Shown here in pieces: positions 1 to 11,930 of a stretch of 64,000 bases of DNA. Positions within the stretch are counted from its first letter, which is position 1. Each line of letters starts with the position of its first letter. Source of the stretch: Dictyostelium discoideum (taxonomy: Eukaryota); assembly GCA_000004695.1 (NCBI GenBank), contig CM000151.3:3840001-3904000 (forward strand), written 5' to 3'. The position numbers were made by a program, and so were the translations under genes. The notes below the pieces were generated by a model. It saw nothing but the letters and a program-made list of their open reading frames with translations. It made no database searches and was not told where the DNA came from.

Positions 1-1
1 T

Positions 2-916
2 GGTAGTCTAAAATATTCATTACGTAGTGTTAGAAAGTACGCCCCTTGGATAAAGAATATTTTTATTGTAACTGCAAATCAAATTCCATCATGGTTTAAT
101 ACTTCAAATCATCAAAATGTTTATTTTATATTTCATAATCAATTTTTTAAAAATATGTAAGTAATTAAATTTAATTTATATATATATATATATATTTTAT
201 CCATAATATATATTAAAATTATTTAATTTTGAATATATAAAAAAAGAGATGATTTGCCAACATTTAATTCAAATTCAATTGAATCAAATTTTTGGAATTT
301 ACCAGAAGAAGTTTCAAATTGTTTTTTATATTTAAATGATGATTTATTTTTTAGAGAACCAGTAAAAGTTAGTGATTTCTTTGATTCTGAATTTAATCAA
401 CATATATTTGAAAGTGATGAAATTATATCAAGTTATACAGATATTGAAAATAATGAAAGATTGGATGTTTGGGCTAAATCATTGGTTATGTCAAATAAAG
501 TATTGGATAGAATTTGGAAAACTCTTGGAAAACCTAGACAAAATGCTCAACATGGTGTTCAAGTGTTTAATAGAAAGATTTGGATCTTAATGAAAAGAGA
601 ATTGGAGAAAGAACTATCAATGACATCTTCAAATAAGTTTAGAACTGTAAATGATATTCAAATACCATTCACCTATAATCAGTTTGCAAAGAGATACTCT
701 CAACATATCATTAAAGAACCAAATAATGGCTACTATGGTTTAAATGATAAAAATTTAAACAAAACTTTTCAAGAAGTTTTACTCAATAAAAATAAATCAA
801 AAACAATTTGTTTAAATGATTTATTGGGTGAAAGTTTAGATAAAAATACAAGTCTTCAAATTTTTAACTTTTTTGAATCTTTATTTCCAATTAAATCACC
901 TTATGAAAATAATTAA
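2..916 (+). CDS. Stealth-family protein resembling the catalytic region of GlcNAc-1-phosphotransferase (GNPTAB-like); 5' end cut by the window; exons about 2..156 and 247..916
   Basis: Frame 2 of bases 2-156 translates to [52 protein letters not shown]. This closely matches the Stealth CR2 block of human GNPTAB ([46 protein letters not shown]). A GTAAGT donor lies at 157 and an AG acceptor at 245-246, giving a 90-nt A/T intron that keeps frame. Exon 2 continues [15 protein letters not shown]...[10 protein letters not shown] (human: LPTFSSPAIESH...FIYLNDDVMF). Stop at 914-916. Confidence 0.7.
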
Positions 917-1236
917 TTTACTAGTAAATATTGTACTAATTTAGTAAAAATAAATTCTTTTTTTTTTTATTTTCCAAATTTGGGAAAAATGGAAAATAAA
1001 TTAAAAATAAAAATGAAATTAAATAAAAAATATGCTCAATTCTTTTTTTAGTTTTTTTTTTTTTTTTTTCATTTTCAATTTTTTTTTTTTTTTTTTTTTT
1101 TCATTTTTTTTTTTTTTTTTTTTCATTTTTTTTTTTAATTATCACAACTTTTTGTAAATTTAACTCTTTTTTTTTTTTTTTTTTGAAAAAAAAAAATAAA
1201 TAAAAAATAATTATTATTATTTATTAATTTTTAAAA

Positions 1237-1376
1237 ATGGAGAATATATGGGGTAAACCCAATACTTCAAATAACAATAATAGTACCGCCAATACAGGTT
1301 CTATTTTTGGAGTGGGTACTACCAACCCTGTATTTGGAACTCCTACATTTGATAACTCAAATACAACAACACCATC

Positions 1377-1413
<37 letters not shown>

Positions 1414-1784
1414 GACAATCTTGGTAGTAATACAATTAGTTTTGGAAATAGTTCACCATTTTCAATAACTTCGACATTAAATCCAAATGCATCATCATTC
1501 ACTCCATCATTTAATAATGTTGGTAACAATTTAAACAATAATAATACCACCACTACTACTACTAATAATAATAATCAAAATATTAATAATAAAATTCAAG
1601 GAAATAATAAAACCAATATTTTATTTGTTAGTAATGTACCAGCATCAAATATTGCTAATGATATAGTATTAATCAATGAAATGAAAAGACATTTTGGGCA
1701 ATATGGTACAGTTTTATCGGTTGATAACATTAAAAAGAAACCGAATAATACTTTTAATTTATCTTTAACATATTCCAATAGTGT

Positions 1785-1853
<69 letters not shown>

Positions 1854-3427
1854 TTACAGAGAGGGTCAAAAAATACTAACAAGTTGTTTTTAATATTAAT
1901 TATTTATTTTTATAGAGTGAAGCATCAGAAGCATTAAAGAAAGGAAAGAAATATCAACATACAATACTTATAATTAAACCACATAAAACTTTTCCAACTT
2001 CAACTACATCATCATCAATGCCATCTTTTAGTACTACTTCACAAATATCAAATACTAATAATAGTAATAATAATAATAATAATAGTAATAATAATAACTT
2101 TAACAACAATAACAACAAAAATGATAGTAGTGATATTTCTTTAATTTTAAAGAAAGATGATGAGTTAATGTTAAGATCACATGAAAGAAATTTAAGATTT
2201 CAATTAATGAAAAATGCGCCACAACAACAACCACAACAACAACCACAAGTACAACCACAAAAACAAAAACAACAATCAACACTTTTAAAGAATGAAGAAG
2301 ATAATTTAGATGATGAAGATGAAATTGAAGAAGATGATATTAATGATGATGATGAAGAAGAGGATGAAGAAGATGAGGATGAAGATGATAATATTAATCA
2401 ATCACCACCACTTAAGGCTACACAATCAAATACAAATCCTACATTAGCCCAACAAGTACCAACAACAACAACAACAACAACAACAACATTAGCATTAAAA
2501 AATAATAATGGACATAAAATTGGATTATGTTTAGATTTTATACCATCAAAAGAGAAACAACATAGAACATCATCAGGTGATATTAATATATTAGAGAAAA
2601 CCCCAACCACTGGTGAGTTAATCCTATTGAAAAAGTATAAGAGAAATGTAGCAGATGATAATACAGAGATTCCACCCGATGAAATTAGACCAGTACATGT
2701 GTTATTAAAGGTAATGAATTATATCACTCATGAGATCTCTGATCAAGAATCACTTCAAAGACCTGGTGTAACATTTTCAGAGATTCAAAATTTCATTCGT
2801 GATAGAACTAGATCCATTAGACAAGATTTAACATCTCAACATTCAAAAGATGGTATTTCAATCGATATCCATGAGAGATGTACTCGTTTTCACATTGTTT
2901 CACATCATTATCTTTGTGAACTACCCGATAAGGATTTCAATGCATTTCAAAATCGTGAACAGTTGAATAATTGTTTAACCTCTTTAAAACAATTCTACAA
3001 TGATCATTTCAAACAATCCAATGGTCTAGTGACAACCAACGAACCAGAATTCCGATCCTATTACATTTTAAATAATTTAGAGAATAACTATGATTTGGTA
3101 TCCTATATGATCGATATACCTCGTTCAATCTTTCATCATCCATTCATTCAATATGCAATCGAAGTTTGGAAAGCTTATCGTTCCGACAACTATAGTAGAT
3201 TCTTTATGTTAACTCTATCGGGTACTTATTTACAAATGTGTATACTTCATCGTTATTTCACTCATGTTAGAAAGATTGCAATCAAAAGAATCGCTAGATC
3301 CTATAGAGCTCCGAAACAACCAACTACTCTTTTCCCAATTCAAGATTTTAATAATATCTTAATGTTTTCTGATTCAAATGAAACTAATCATTTCATTTCT
3401 ACAATCAATGGTATTACAATTGATTCA

Positions 3428-3458
<31 letters not shown>

Positions 3459-6400
3459 GTGGTGGTGGTGGAGGTGATCAAATTATTTTCAATCATTCTT
3501 TTAATTTTAATCAAATTAATGATATTTCAATCACTCCTTATCGTTCTTCCATTGTAATGTCACGTGCACCTAAAACTTTTCAACAAACTATTGATGTACC
3601 AGAACCTGTACCAATCGTTCAATATCGAAAATGTTTCATTGATTTTGATCAATCTTTTCAAAATCCTTTAATATATAATAAACAAAATCTAGATGCTGAA
3701 TCTGAACAATCTGAATATAACTATTCAATAGCTGCTTCTGGTCCAATGAGAAGTTTAGTAACTAAAAATGCAATTGCTACTTTTGGTTTAAGTAATAAAA
3801 TAACTCCAGTCCTACCTTCAACAATAACAACAGCAACGACAACAACATCACCACCACCAATAACAACATCAACCATACCAATTAAATTACCAACTATTTC
3901 ACCAACTTTTGTTAAACAAATACCTCAAACTTCACCAAAAATAAATAATACCAACAATATCAGTACGATTGGGTCTCCATCTATTTTTAATAAACAACAA
4001 CAACAACAACAAACACCACTACCAACAACAGCAGCAGCAACAACAAAAGAAATGACAATAAGTCAAAGTCCAACCATAACATCACCATCTACTCCTTCTA
4101 CCTCTTCATTATTTAATAATAAAACAGGTTTTGGAATTAACAACGTAGTTAATTCAAAATCGATATTTCAAACTCAATTAGCACCAACAACAACAATAAC
4201 AACAACAACAACATCAATACCAACCATACCAACTCCTTCTACATTAAAAACAACAACCATTGAAAACAAATCATCGATAACATGTGTTTTTCCAACCTCT
4301 TTTCCTGATAAGAGTATCTTTGGTGCAACTTCTAATAATAAACAAACACTTCCAACTTCTTCTTCTTCTTCAGTCTTTGCAACCACAACACCACCTTCAT
4401 CTATATTCTCCAATACTCCTTCTTCTTCTTCTCAACAAAAATCATTCAACACTAACATTATCTCACCATCTCAATCAACACCACCATTGGGTGGCAATGA
4501 TTCACTTAAAATCACTACACCTCCAAATAAAACCATTGAAACCACGCCCAATATAACACAATCATCAAATTTATTAAATAGTGGTAGCAGTAATTTATCC
4601 TCAAATTCATTATTTTCACCAACTATTTCTAATACAACACCAAAAACACCAACAATCTTTAATAATGAAAGTAATAATAACAATAACAAAAAAAACATCT
4701 TTGGTGATACAAAAATAGTCACACCAAAACATTCATCATTACCACAAGATTTATTTGGTTCACCAATTGTAAAAGAGATACCATCAACACCAATGAGCAT
4801 TTTACCAGGTAGTAAAAGTACATCTCTTATAGACTCTTCAACAATAACAACAACTGAAAGGGATAAAAAAAGAAGAAATAGAAATGATCAACAAGAAGAT
4901 AATGTCAACTTAAATACACCAATACCAATATCAACTGTTAAACCACAATTCACTGATTTCCCATCATCTCCAATGAATTTATCAACACCATATGTTAATA
5001 AACAATCTAATTTCAGTCTTAATCAACATCAACAGCAACAGAAACAACAACAACAACAAATTCCCTTCCCTTCAAATCTAATTGAGCTCGAAAAATCTAC
5101 ATCCAAAGTTCAATCACTACCACAACAACCACAAATACTACAAACAAAACCACCTCAATCATCAATGCCTATTGTTAAAAAACAAACAAAATCCTATTCA
5201 GAGAAATCGAATAAAACATTACTTTCCTATATGTTTAGATGTTGGAGATTTCAATTATTACGTTTTAAAAATCAACAAAAACAAATTCAAGAAATTGGTG
5301 ATGAAATTCCACTAGATTTAGATAATGAAAATACTTTAGACCCTATTATATTATCACAATCTTTAATAACACCTAAAAAACTATCACCATCAATTCAGCC
5401 TCAATCAATTTCAAAACAACAACAACTACAACCACAATTACAACAACAACAACAACAACAACAACCACTACTACTACAACAACAACCAATTAAAATTGAT
5501 TTATCACCAATAAATATTCCATTTTATATATACGATAATCTAGATAAAATTAATAGACAAAATCAAAAAGGCAAACCCCTATTTTGGAAACTTTTATATT
5601 GTTGTCCAGATCCTCAATTTAATAATAATAATATTAATGATAGTGAAAATAACATTAAACAAATTATTGAAATTATTTCAAATAAATTATCATACGAGAG
5701 AAATAAATTACAACAACAACAACAAAACTATATTACAACATTATGTCAAATTCAAAAATATCATATAGAATACAAAGATCAAAATTCACAAATGAAAAGT
5801 AAAACTGCTGATAGGTCAATAGGTATTTGCGTAAATAGAGTTTTCAATACCAATACTAATAATAGTAATAATAATAATAATAATATGGAATTACAACATA
5901 TTCAAATGACTAGAGGTCTCTCTTCGATATTATTTCAAATATCAACAAGTATTGGATTCGATTCTAATTGTAAATTACAATTGTCTAGAATTTTAAATTC
6001 AATTCAAATTGAAGATCCTATTCAACGTATACCAATATTATTTTTAATTATAAATGATAATGGGGATAATAATAATAATAATAATAATGATAAAATTGAA
6101 AGATCAATTGAAGAATATATTATCAATAATCAAAGAATTTGGGGTGAAATTATAAATCAAATTAAAGTAATCAAAGTAGATAGAATTGATTCAATAGTCT
6201 ATAATAGTTTTAATGGTGATTCTGATAATATATTGGTTAAATCTTTACAATGGTTAAGTAGTAATACCCCTCCAATTCCATTCACAGAGATAAGACCTTT
6301 ATCCTCGGTATTTGATTCAGTAATTGTCAATAAATTTTCAAGTAGTATCTTTAGCCATTATTCAAAACAATTCCAAAATCCAATAATATATAATCAGCAG

Positions 6401-7770
6401 CAGCAGCAGCAACAACAACAACAACTCCCAACACCACAAACTATTGTTAGTTATTTCAATTTTGTAATTAATCAATTGATTTCTTTTATAACAAATCCTG
6501 CTTTGAAATCTATTCAATGGCCAATACCAGAATTTAGTGGAAGTTTTAATACTTCTTATTGGAATAGTGATCAAGTGTTCAACTCTATAAAAATATCACT
6601 AAATTCAATTCTCTTAAATAATTTACCAAATGAATTAAAAGATTTAGTTGGTGCAATATCTAAAATTGCTGATGACACAACAAATAATTTAACATCATCA
6701 TCACAACAAAATCAAACACTCTATCAAGCAATTGAACCAATAATTAAACAATGCAATAATTGGATATCATCTCATCAAAAAGATAAAATCGAATCAATTA
6801 ATATTGATAACCAAGTTAGAGAAATTTTTAATGATCAATTTATTGAAAAATTTGGTAATTTTCATTTACATTTTTTCTTTTTTTTTTTTTTTTTTTTTTC
6901 TTCTCCTAAAATTTATTACTAACATTTAATTTATATATATATATAGAGAAATTCAATAAAATTAATAATGGATATTTTATAGTAATACCATGGCATTTAA
7001 TATTTGAAACAATATTTTCTTATCAAATTAGTAAGATTCCATTCATTCAGTCATTTTATAGCGATTCAATGATTAATGACCTTTTAGATTTTAATAGTTT
7101 TATTGGAAATTATAATAATAATAATAACTACAATATTAATAGCCAATATCAAAATCAAAAGATTATATCATTACCAATAAAGAGTCTTAATAATAGTATT
7201 TTAATTTCACCATCAAAGAAAAGACAGACCAATTTTAATAATAATTTATCCTCTCCTTCAAAGTATCATAGAGTTCATTTTGATGAAATGAAAATTAATG
7301 ATCTTGATACTATTACCACCACCTCCACCGCCACTACCTCATCCAACCCAATGAAAAGAAAACAAAATATTATAAATAATAATGTAGGCATCAACAATAA
7401 TCAAATGTCGGCATCATTATCATCAACTCGTAATAATAATAATATACTAAATAGCCAAATCCAATTAAGTAAAAGTTTAAATTCCAAAAATCAAAGTACC
7501 TCTAGAACTTTGGATCAATTATTGTTAAGTTTACAAAATGAAAAGAAAAAGACAAAAGCTATAAATAGATCTCTTATTTCCACTATAAATACCTACAACA
7601 ACAGAGATAATAATAGTAATTTTAATTATGATGATCAATTAATTAACTCAACTTCAAACTCTAAAGATATGATTTCAAGTACAATTACATTTAAAAACCA
7701 TAAATTGACTGGTAGTGTTTTGGATGTATCCGAAAAACTATTGTTTTTGATAAACAATAGTAATAATTAA
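1237..7770 (+). CDS. SAC3/GANP-family protein (FG-repeat N-terminus, RRM, SAC3/GANP domain); likely TREX-2/MCM3AP homolog; exons about 1237..1782, 1916..6854, 6983..7770
   Basis: Exon 1 encodes FG-like repeats (SIFGVGTTNPVFGTPTF) and the first half of an RRM (ILFVSNVPASNIANDIVLINEMKRHFGQYGTVLSV). A GTAATT donor at 1783 and an AG acceptor at 1914-1915 join in phase 0 to SEASEALKKGKKYQHTILIIKPHK, the RRM end, and this is in frame with the 1634-aa ORF 2018..6922. That ORF carries the SAC3/GANP signature ...DRTRSIRQDLTSQHSKDGISIDIHERCTRFHIV. Its apparent end ([19 protein letters not shown]) is a poly-T translation. A GTAATT donor at 6855 plus an AG acceptor at 6981-6982 (or 6945-6946) splices in frame into ORF 7069..7770, and the frame has no stop between 6949 and 7069. 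The last intron is inferred. Confidence 0.72.
1787..1854. repeat. (ATTT)n microsatellite, about 16 units, inside intron 1 of the SAC3/GANP gene
   Basis: Direct reading: tatttatttatttattt... spanning 1787-1854. Confidence 0.9.
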
Positions 7771-7964
7771 ATAAAGAATTTTATTATCAGCAATATAAAT
7801 CGTTTGTTGTTTTTTTGGATTTTTTGACTTGTTTTTTTTTTTTGGATTTTTTGGTTGTGGGTTGACATTGAATCTTTTCTTTTTAACCTTCTAAAACTGT
7901 ATTATCATTAATATTTGATTTTTAAAAAATTAATAAAGTTATTGATTCTAAAATTTGAATTTAA

Positions 7965-7979
7965 AAGATTTTTTTTTTT
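7965..7979. repeat. Putative target-site duplication, copy at the 3' (poly-A) end of the retrotransposon
   Basis: AAAAGATTTTTTTTT immediately precedes the element poly(A)/poly-T tail. An identical 15-mer sits at 13293-13307 at the 5' junction. The sequence is A/T-rich low-complexity, so a chance match cannot be fully excluded. Confidence 0.45.
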
Positions 7980-8102
7980 TTTTTTTTTTTTTGATATAAA
8001 TAAACTATTGTAGTATACAATTAGTATGTTATTTTTATTTATTTATTTTAGGTTTTTTAGTTTTTGTGAATTTAAAATAGTATGTTATTTTAGATTAGGT
8101 AA

Positions 8103-11100
8103 TTAATAATTAATTGGTGGTGTAATTGTTGGAATTGGTTCATTTGTGTTTATGCTCCATTCTTTTTTAAATTTTTTGATGGTTTCGGACCATTGGGTTT
8201 CTTTTTGAGTTTTTGTGAGGTTGTTTTTAATTGAGTATTGGTTAAAGTTTGATAAAGTTCTTGAATATTCCAATCTTATTAGCTTGTGCCATTTTGATTT
8301 TAATATATCATAATCTAGTGTTGTGTTGTTTATTTGGTTGTTCCAATTATCAATTGATTGAGTTATATTGATGTCAAATAATGATTTGCATAACCATATC
8401 CATATTTGGTGAATAACTAATGAGATTATGTTCCAATATGCATGTGTTCTGACTAGATCAAGATTTGTGTTTATATAATTCCAGTTGAACCTGTATTTTT
8501 TATATTGTGCGTTTTCTGCAAAATGAAAATTAATATTGATAGTTGGATCTGGTTTAAATGCTTTGTTGTTTGTTTGTGGTTTATAGATGAGTGTGTATAA
8601 TTTTGTTGTTTGGTTTTTTGTTAGTGACCAGTTTTTGTTTCCATTGCAATTTTTATATATAAAATATTTTAATTTGTCGTGGTTAATGAAGTTGATTGTG
8701 CGCTGACAATTGAAAAACAAATGCCCATAGGGATCATTATTCATTTCATTGTTGCAAATGGGGCAAACTTTGTTGTGTAGATGATTAATCGGAAGACATC
8801 TAGCATGGAATCTTTGCATTGTATCACGGCCTTTTGGATCTTTTAATTTTTGAATTTTGACAAAAAGTTGGTCGTATGTGTATTTCCATAATAGTTGTAT
8901 TGATTGTTGGTGCGAAGTAAGAAGTAGATCTGAATATTTCTTGCCAATATAGTCTTTTGATTTGCATTGGTGATTGTTTAGTATTGTCGAGTAGATTTCT
9001 TTGAGTGTTGGTGGTAGTGAAATATTATTTGTGTTTAATGTTTGAGAGGGTTGGTTTTTTGTTAATATTGGTTGTAGGATTTGAACTTTATCTTTTAGAT
9101 GTCCAATTTGAGTTGCATAGTTTTCCCATTCTTTTTTGATTTTTATAAGGTATGGAGAAGAGATTGATTTGTTGATGATTTGATCCATCCAACTTATCAT
9201 GTATATTGAATTGTTTGCAGATTTATGCATTTGTAAAAATCTGTTGTATATCCAAATCTTTTGAGCAACTTGTCGTAATTGTATATTCCACATACCCCAA
9301 CCACCTTCTTTTAATGGTTTTAATGATCTATCATAACACATCAAAGGTATTTTTGCACGTGAATGGATGGTTGATGTGTTGTTTTCAATGGAATTGGTAT
9401 TGAGAGTTGGTGATTCAGAATTTGCGGGAGAATTCATAAACCATGAGATTAATTTATTAATTTGAATTTCTTCATCTTTTGTAAATTCTTCAAGGTATGA
9501 TAAATATGTTATTGGTGATAGTGAGTAGGTGTTTATGATGGTTGTTTTTGTTTTTAATGTTGTGCCACTAGTTTTCCATAGCACTAATGATTTAATCAGT
9601 GTTTTCATTGTTTCTGGTAATTTCCTATGTAAACCATTATGATTAAAGAAATAGCCAAGAACTCTTTCTGATTGATCTTTTTTGGTTATTGGTATTCTTT
9701 TTGATTGTGGAATGTTGTTTATTATGTGTTTATCAGTGATTTTGTGGGGGTTGATTTCTATTATTGCACTTTTGTCAAAATTTAATGATGATGATGTTGA
9801 AGCGCAGAAATTATCGAAATGTTTGATTGATTGTTGTTGTTGTTCGTAGTTGATGTTGTATGTTGTAGAGTCGTCTGCAAATTGGGTAAATTTGATTTTA
9901 ATTTGTGGATTGGGTGAAATTGGTAATCCAATTATTGAATTGTCTGCATTTATTGTTCTTGCTAATATTTCAATTACAATTACAAATAAAGTGGCTGAGA
10001 TTGGGTCACCTTGTTTTACACCTCTTTTAATATCGAATTTTCTGGTCGTTTTACCATTAATTGAAATTTTTGCTTGTGAGTCAGATAATAGCTTGTGGAT
10101 TAAATTTATTAATTTTATTGGTATACCAATATGAATTAATGTTCTTTTAATGCTATCGTGAGAGATAGAATCAAATGCTTTAAAGAAGTCAAATAGTGTG
10201 ATGATACCAGGGAGGTTTTTAGATTTGAGGTAGTTGATTAATTCATTGATGTTGATGATGTTGTCTATGATGAATCTGTGGGGTACGAAACCAGTTTGGT
10301 TGTTGTTGATGATGAAAGGAAGTATTCTCAGAAGACGTGCATTGATTACTTTTGAGAGGATCTTGTAATCAGTGTTTAGAAGTGTAATGGGACGACGATT
10401 TGATATGAGTAAGGGGTTGCCTTTCTTGTATATTGTGTGTATAAGACCTTCTGTGAATTCTGTTGTGATGTGGTGAGGATTTTCTAGTATATCGTTGAAT
10501 AATGTAGTGAGAATTGGTTTAACTTGGTTTAAATGATTAATGTAGAATGCATTTGTAACGCCATCTGGACCGGGTGATTTGTTGGGGTTACAGGTTTTAA
10601 TTGCAGCTTCAACTTCATCTTGTATAAATGGTGAGTCTAAACCATTCCAATATTCATTTTTTATGATGGGCCATGTGTTTAGCATGAGCTGGTGAGTAAT
10701 TGGACAACATATTTGTAAGCTATATAGATTTGTGTAGAATTCAACAAACGCATTTTCAATTTGGTCGGGGTCGGATGTAATGATGTTACCATATTGGATT
10801 GATTCAATTTTTGCATCTTTTGATCTTTTGTTTAGTATTGCTGATAGATACTTGCTAGGTATTTCTCCATTTATATGTTTTTTTAATATGTTTGTGTGGT
10901 TTTGATGTAATTTGTTTTTGTTACATATAATATTGTATTCAGCGATGCATTGTTCTTCAAGATGTTTGAATTTTGCTGCTTTTTCTAATAGTATTTGTTT
11001 TGCACGTTGAGTTTGTTTGTCTTTGTTATATTGATAGTTTTTTAGAGTTTTAATAATTTTTGATTTTACTTTTGACCAGTTTGTAAATTGATTGATTGAT

Positions 11101-11459
11101 GTGTTATTGTGATTAGTTATTAAATGATTGATAATATTGATTGCTTCATGGTCATTTGCAGTACCAGGTGATAATATCCATCTTTTCTTATGTTTATTTA
11201 TTTGAAAAGGTGAAGAAATTGTTGTTGATATTGGATTATGATCTGATAATGAAGATGGAATTTGGTGGACTTGTGTATATATATTTTCAGGGTCTATTCT
11301 ATTGTATTGAGTATATATTCTATCTAATCTGTTGCCATGTGTATGAGTTGGAGTGTTTTTAAATTCACCTTGATCAATTAGATGGTGTTGGTATGTGTAG
11401 GATTGGATAATATCATCTAATAGTGAATTGTCGTTGTGGATACGATTTTTTCTTGCCAA
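8103..11459 (-). CDS. Retrotransposon ORF2 remainder: endonuclease C-terminus, reverse transcriptase, C-terminal zinc-knuckle domain (1118 aa ORF)
   Basis: The N-terminus carries the end of the APE domain (LIDQGEFKNTP = GDFN motif; RLDRIY; SDHNPI = SDH motif). The RT block reads ...ITLFDFFKAFDSISHDSI...GVKQGDPISATLF...FTQFADDSTTY. The CCHC-like knuckle is near the C-terminus. Confidence 0.8.
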   Translation of the reverse strand: MARKNRIHNDNSLLDDIIQSYTYQHHLIDQGEFKNTPTHTHGNRLDRIYTQYNRIDPENIYTQVHQIPSSLSDHNPISTTISSPFQINKHKKRWILSPGTANDHEAINIINHLITNHNNTSINQFTNWSKVKSKIIKTLKNYQYNKDKQTQRAKQILLEKAAKFKHLEEQCIAEYNIICNKNKLHQNHTNILKKHINGEIPSKYLSAILNKRSKDAKIESIQYGNIITSDPDQIENAFVEFYTNLYSLQICCPITHQLMLNTWPIIKNEYWNGLDSPFIQDEVEAAIKTCNPNKSPGPDGVTNAFYINHLNQVKPILTTLFNDILENPHHITTEFTEGLIHTIYKKGNPLLISNRRPITLLNTDYKILSKVINARLLRILPFIINNNQTGFVPHRFIIDNIININELINYLKSKNLPGIITLFDFFKAFDSISHDSIKRTLIHIGIPIKLINLIHKLLSDSQAKISINGKTTRKFDIKRGVKQGDPISATLFVIVIEILARTINADNSIIGLPISPNPQIKIKFTQFADDSTTYNINYEQQQQSIKHFDNFCASTSSSLNFDKSAIIEINPHKITDKHIINNIPQSKRIPITKKDQSERVLGYFFNHNGLHRKLPETMKTLIKSLVLWKTSGTTLKTKTTIINTYSLSPITYLSYLEEFTKDEEIQINKLISWFMNSPANSESPTLNTNSIENNTSTIHSRAKIPLMCYDRSLKPLKEGGWGMWNIQLRQVAQKIWIYNRFLQMHKSANNSIYMISWMDQIINKSISSPYLIKIKKEWENYATQIGHLKDKVQILQPILTKNQPSQTLNTNNISLPPTLKEIYSTILNNHQCKSKDYIGKKYSDLLLTSHQQSIQLLWKYTYDQLFVKIQKLKDPKGRDTMQRFHARCLPINHLHNKVCPICNNEMNNDPYGHLFFNCQRTINFINHDKLKYFIYKNCNGNKNWSLTKNQTTKLYTLIYKPQTNNKAFKPDPTININFHFAENAQYKKYRFNWNYINTNLDLVRTHAYWNIISLVIHQIWIWLCKSLFDINITQSIDNWNNQINNTTLDYDILKSKWHKLIRLEYSRTLSNFNQYSIKNNLTKTQKETQWSETIKKFKKEWSINTNEPIPTITPPINY
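8937..9022. repeat. Copy A of an 85-bp internal direct duplication within the retrotransposon (2 mismatches against copy B)
   Basis: tttcttgccaatatagtcttttgatttgcattggtgattgtttagtattgtcgagtagatttctttgagtgttggtggtagtgaa recurs at 11447..11533. Both copies translate to ...SLPPTLKEIYS... on the minus strand. Confidence 0.8.
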
Positions 11460-11533
11460 TATATTCTTTTGATTTGCATTGGTGATTGTTTAGTATTGCG
11501 AGTAGATTTCTTTGAGTGTTGGTGGTAGTGAAG
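11447..11533. repeat. Copy B of the 85-bp internal duplication; it sits between the two halves of the APE domain and breaks the ORF2 reading frame
   Basis: Same sequence as 8937..9022 with one substitution and a 1-nt deletion. ORF 11490..11930 stops inside it, and ORF 8103..11459 restarts just downstream. Confidence 0.8.
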
Positions 11534-11930
11534 TTGCATATGAATTCTTTTTGATGGTATTATTTGATGCTGGTGCGTAAATTCCAAGAATACCAATTGG
11601 TAATTGATTTGGAAATATAACGTCTGCTAAAATAGCTCTACCATCAATTGTTGATATGTGTTTGAGTTTGAGTGTGTTTGGGTTATGGTTAATGATGATT
11701 ACACCATTTCCTCGTTTGGTGACAGAGATGATGTGATCGGGAAAATCATGTTTAAGTTGTAATGGTGATGAATTGAGTTCAGTGAGTATTGAGATTGTTG
11801 GACGAGGTGGAAGTTTTGATATAAGTAGTTGTAGTGTGTCAACAGCTTTTTGGTAGGAATTGTGTTGATTGTTTGGGTTTTCAGTGAATCCTCTACAATT
11901 CCATGTTATAAAGTTGATTTTTGAGCTCAT
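11490..11930 (-). CDS. Retrotransposon ORF2, N-terminal part of the APE-like endonuclease domain, terminated early by an internal duplication
   Basis: Starts MSSKINFITWNCRGF (the LINE APE N-terminal motif) and runs to ...GILGIYAPAS (vYaP motif). It then reads into a duplicated 85-bp segment (...SLPPTLKEIYSQY*) and stops. Confidence 0.7.
   Translation of the reverse strand: MSSKINFITWNCRGFTENPNNQHNSYQKAVDTLQLLISKLPPRPTISILTELNSSPLQLKHDFPDHIISVTKRGNGVIIINHNPNTLKLKHISTIDGRAILADVIFPNQLPIGILGIYAPASNNTIKKNSYATSLPPTLKEIYSQY

Noticed and set aside
372-590. 72-aa overlapping plus-strand ORF
   Set aside because: It is out of frame with the homology-supported Stealth ORF in the same interval.
1224-1553. 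109-aa minus-strand ORF rich in poly-V
   Set aside because: It is antisense to the (ACA)n/(AAT)n-rich first exon of the SAC3/GANP gene, so a low-complexity reverse-frame artefact.
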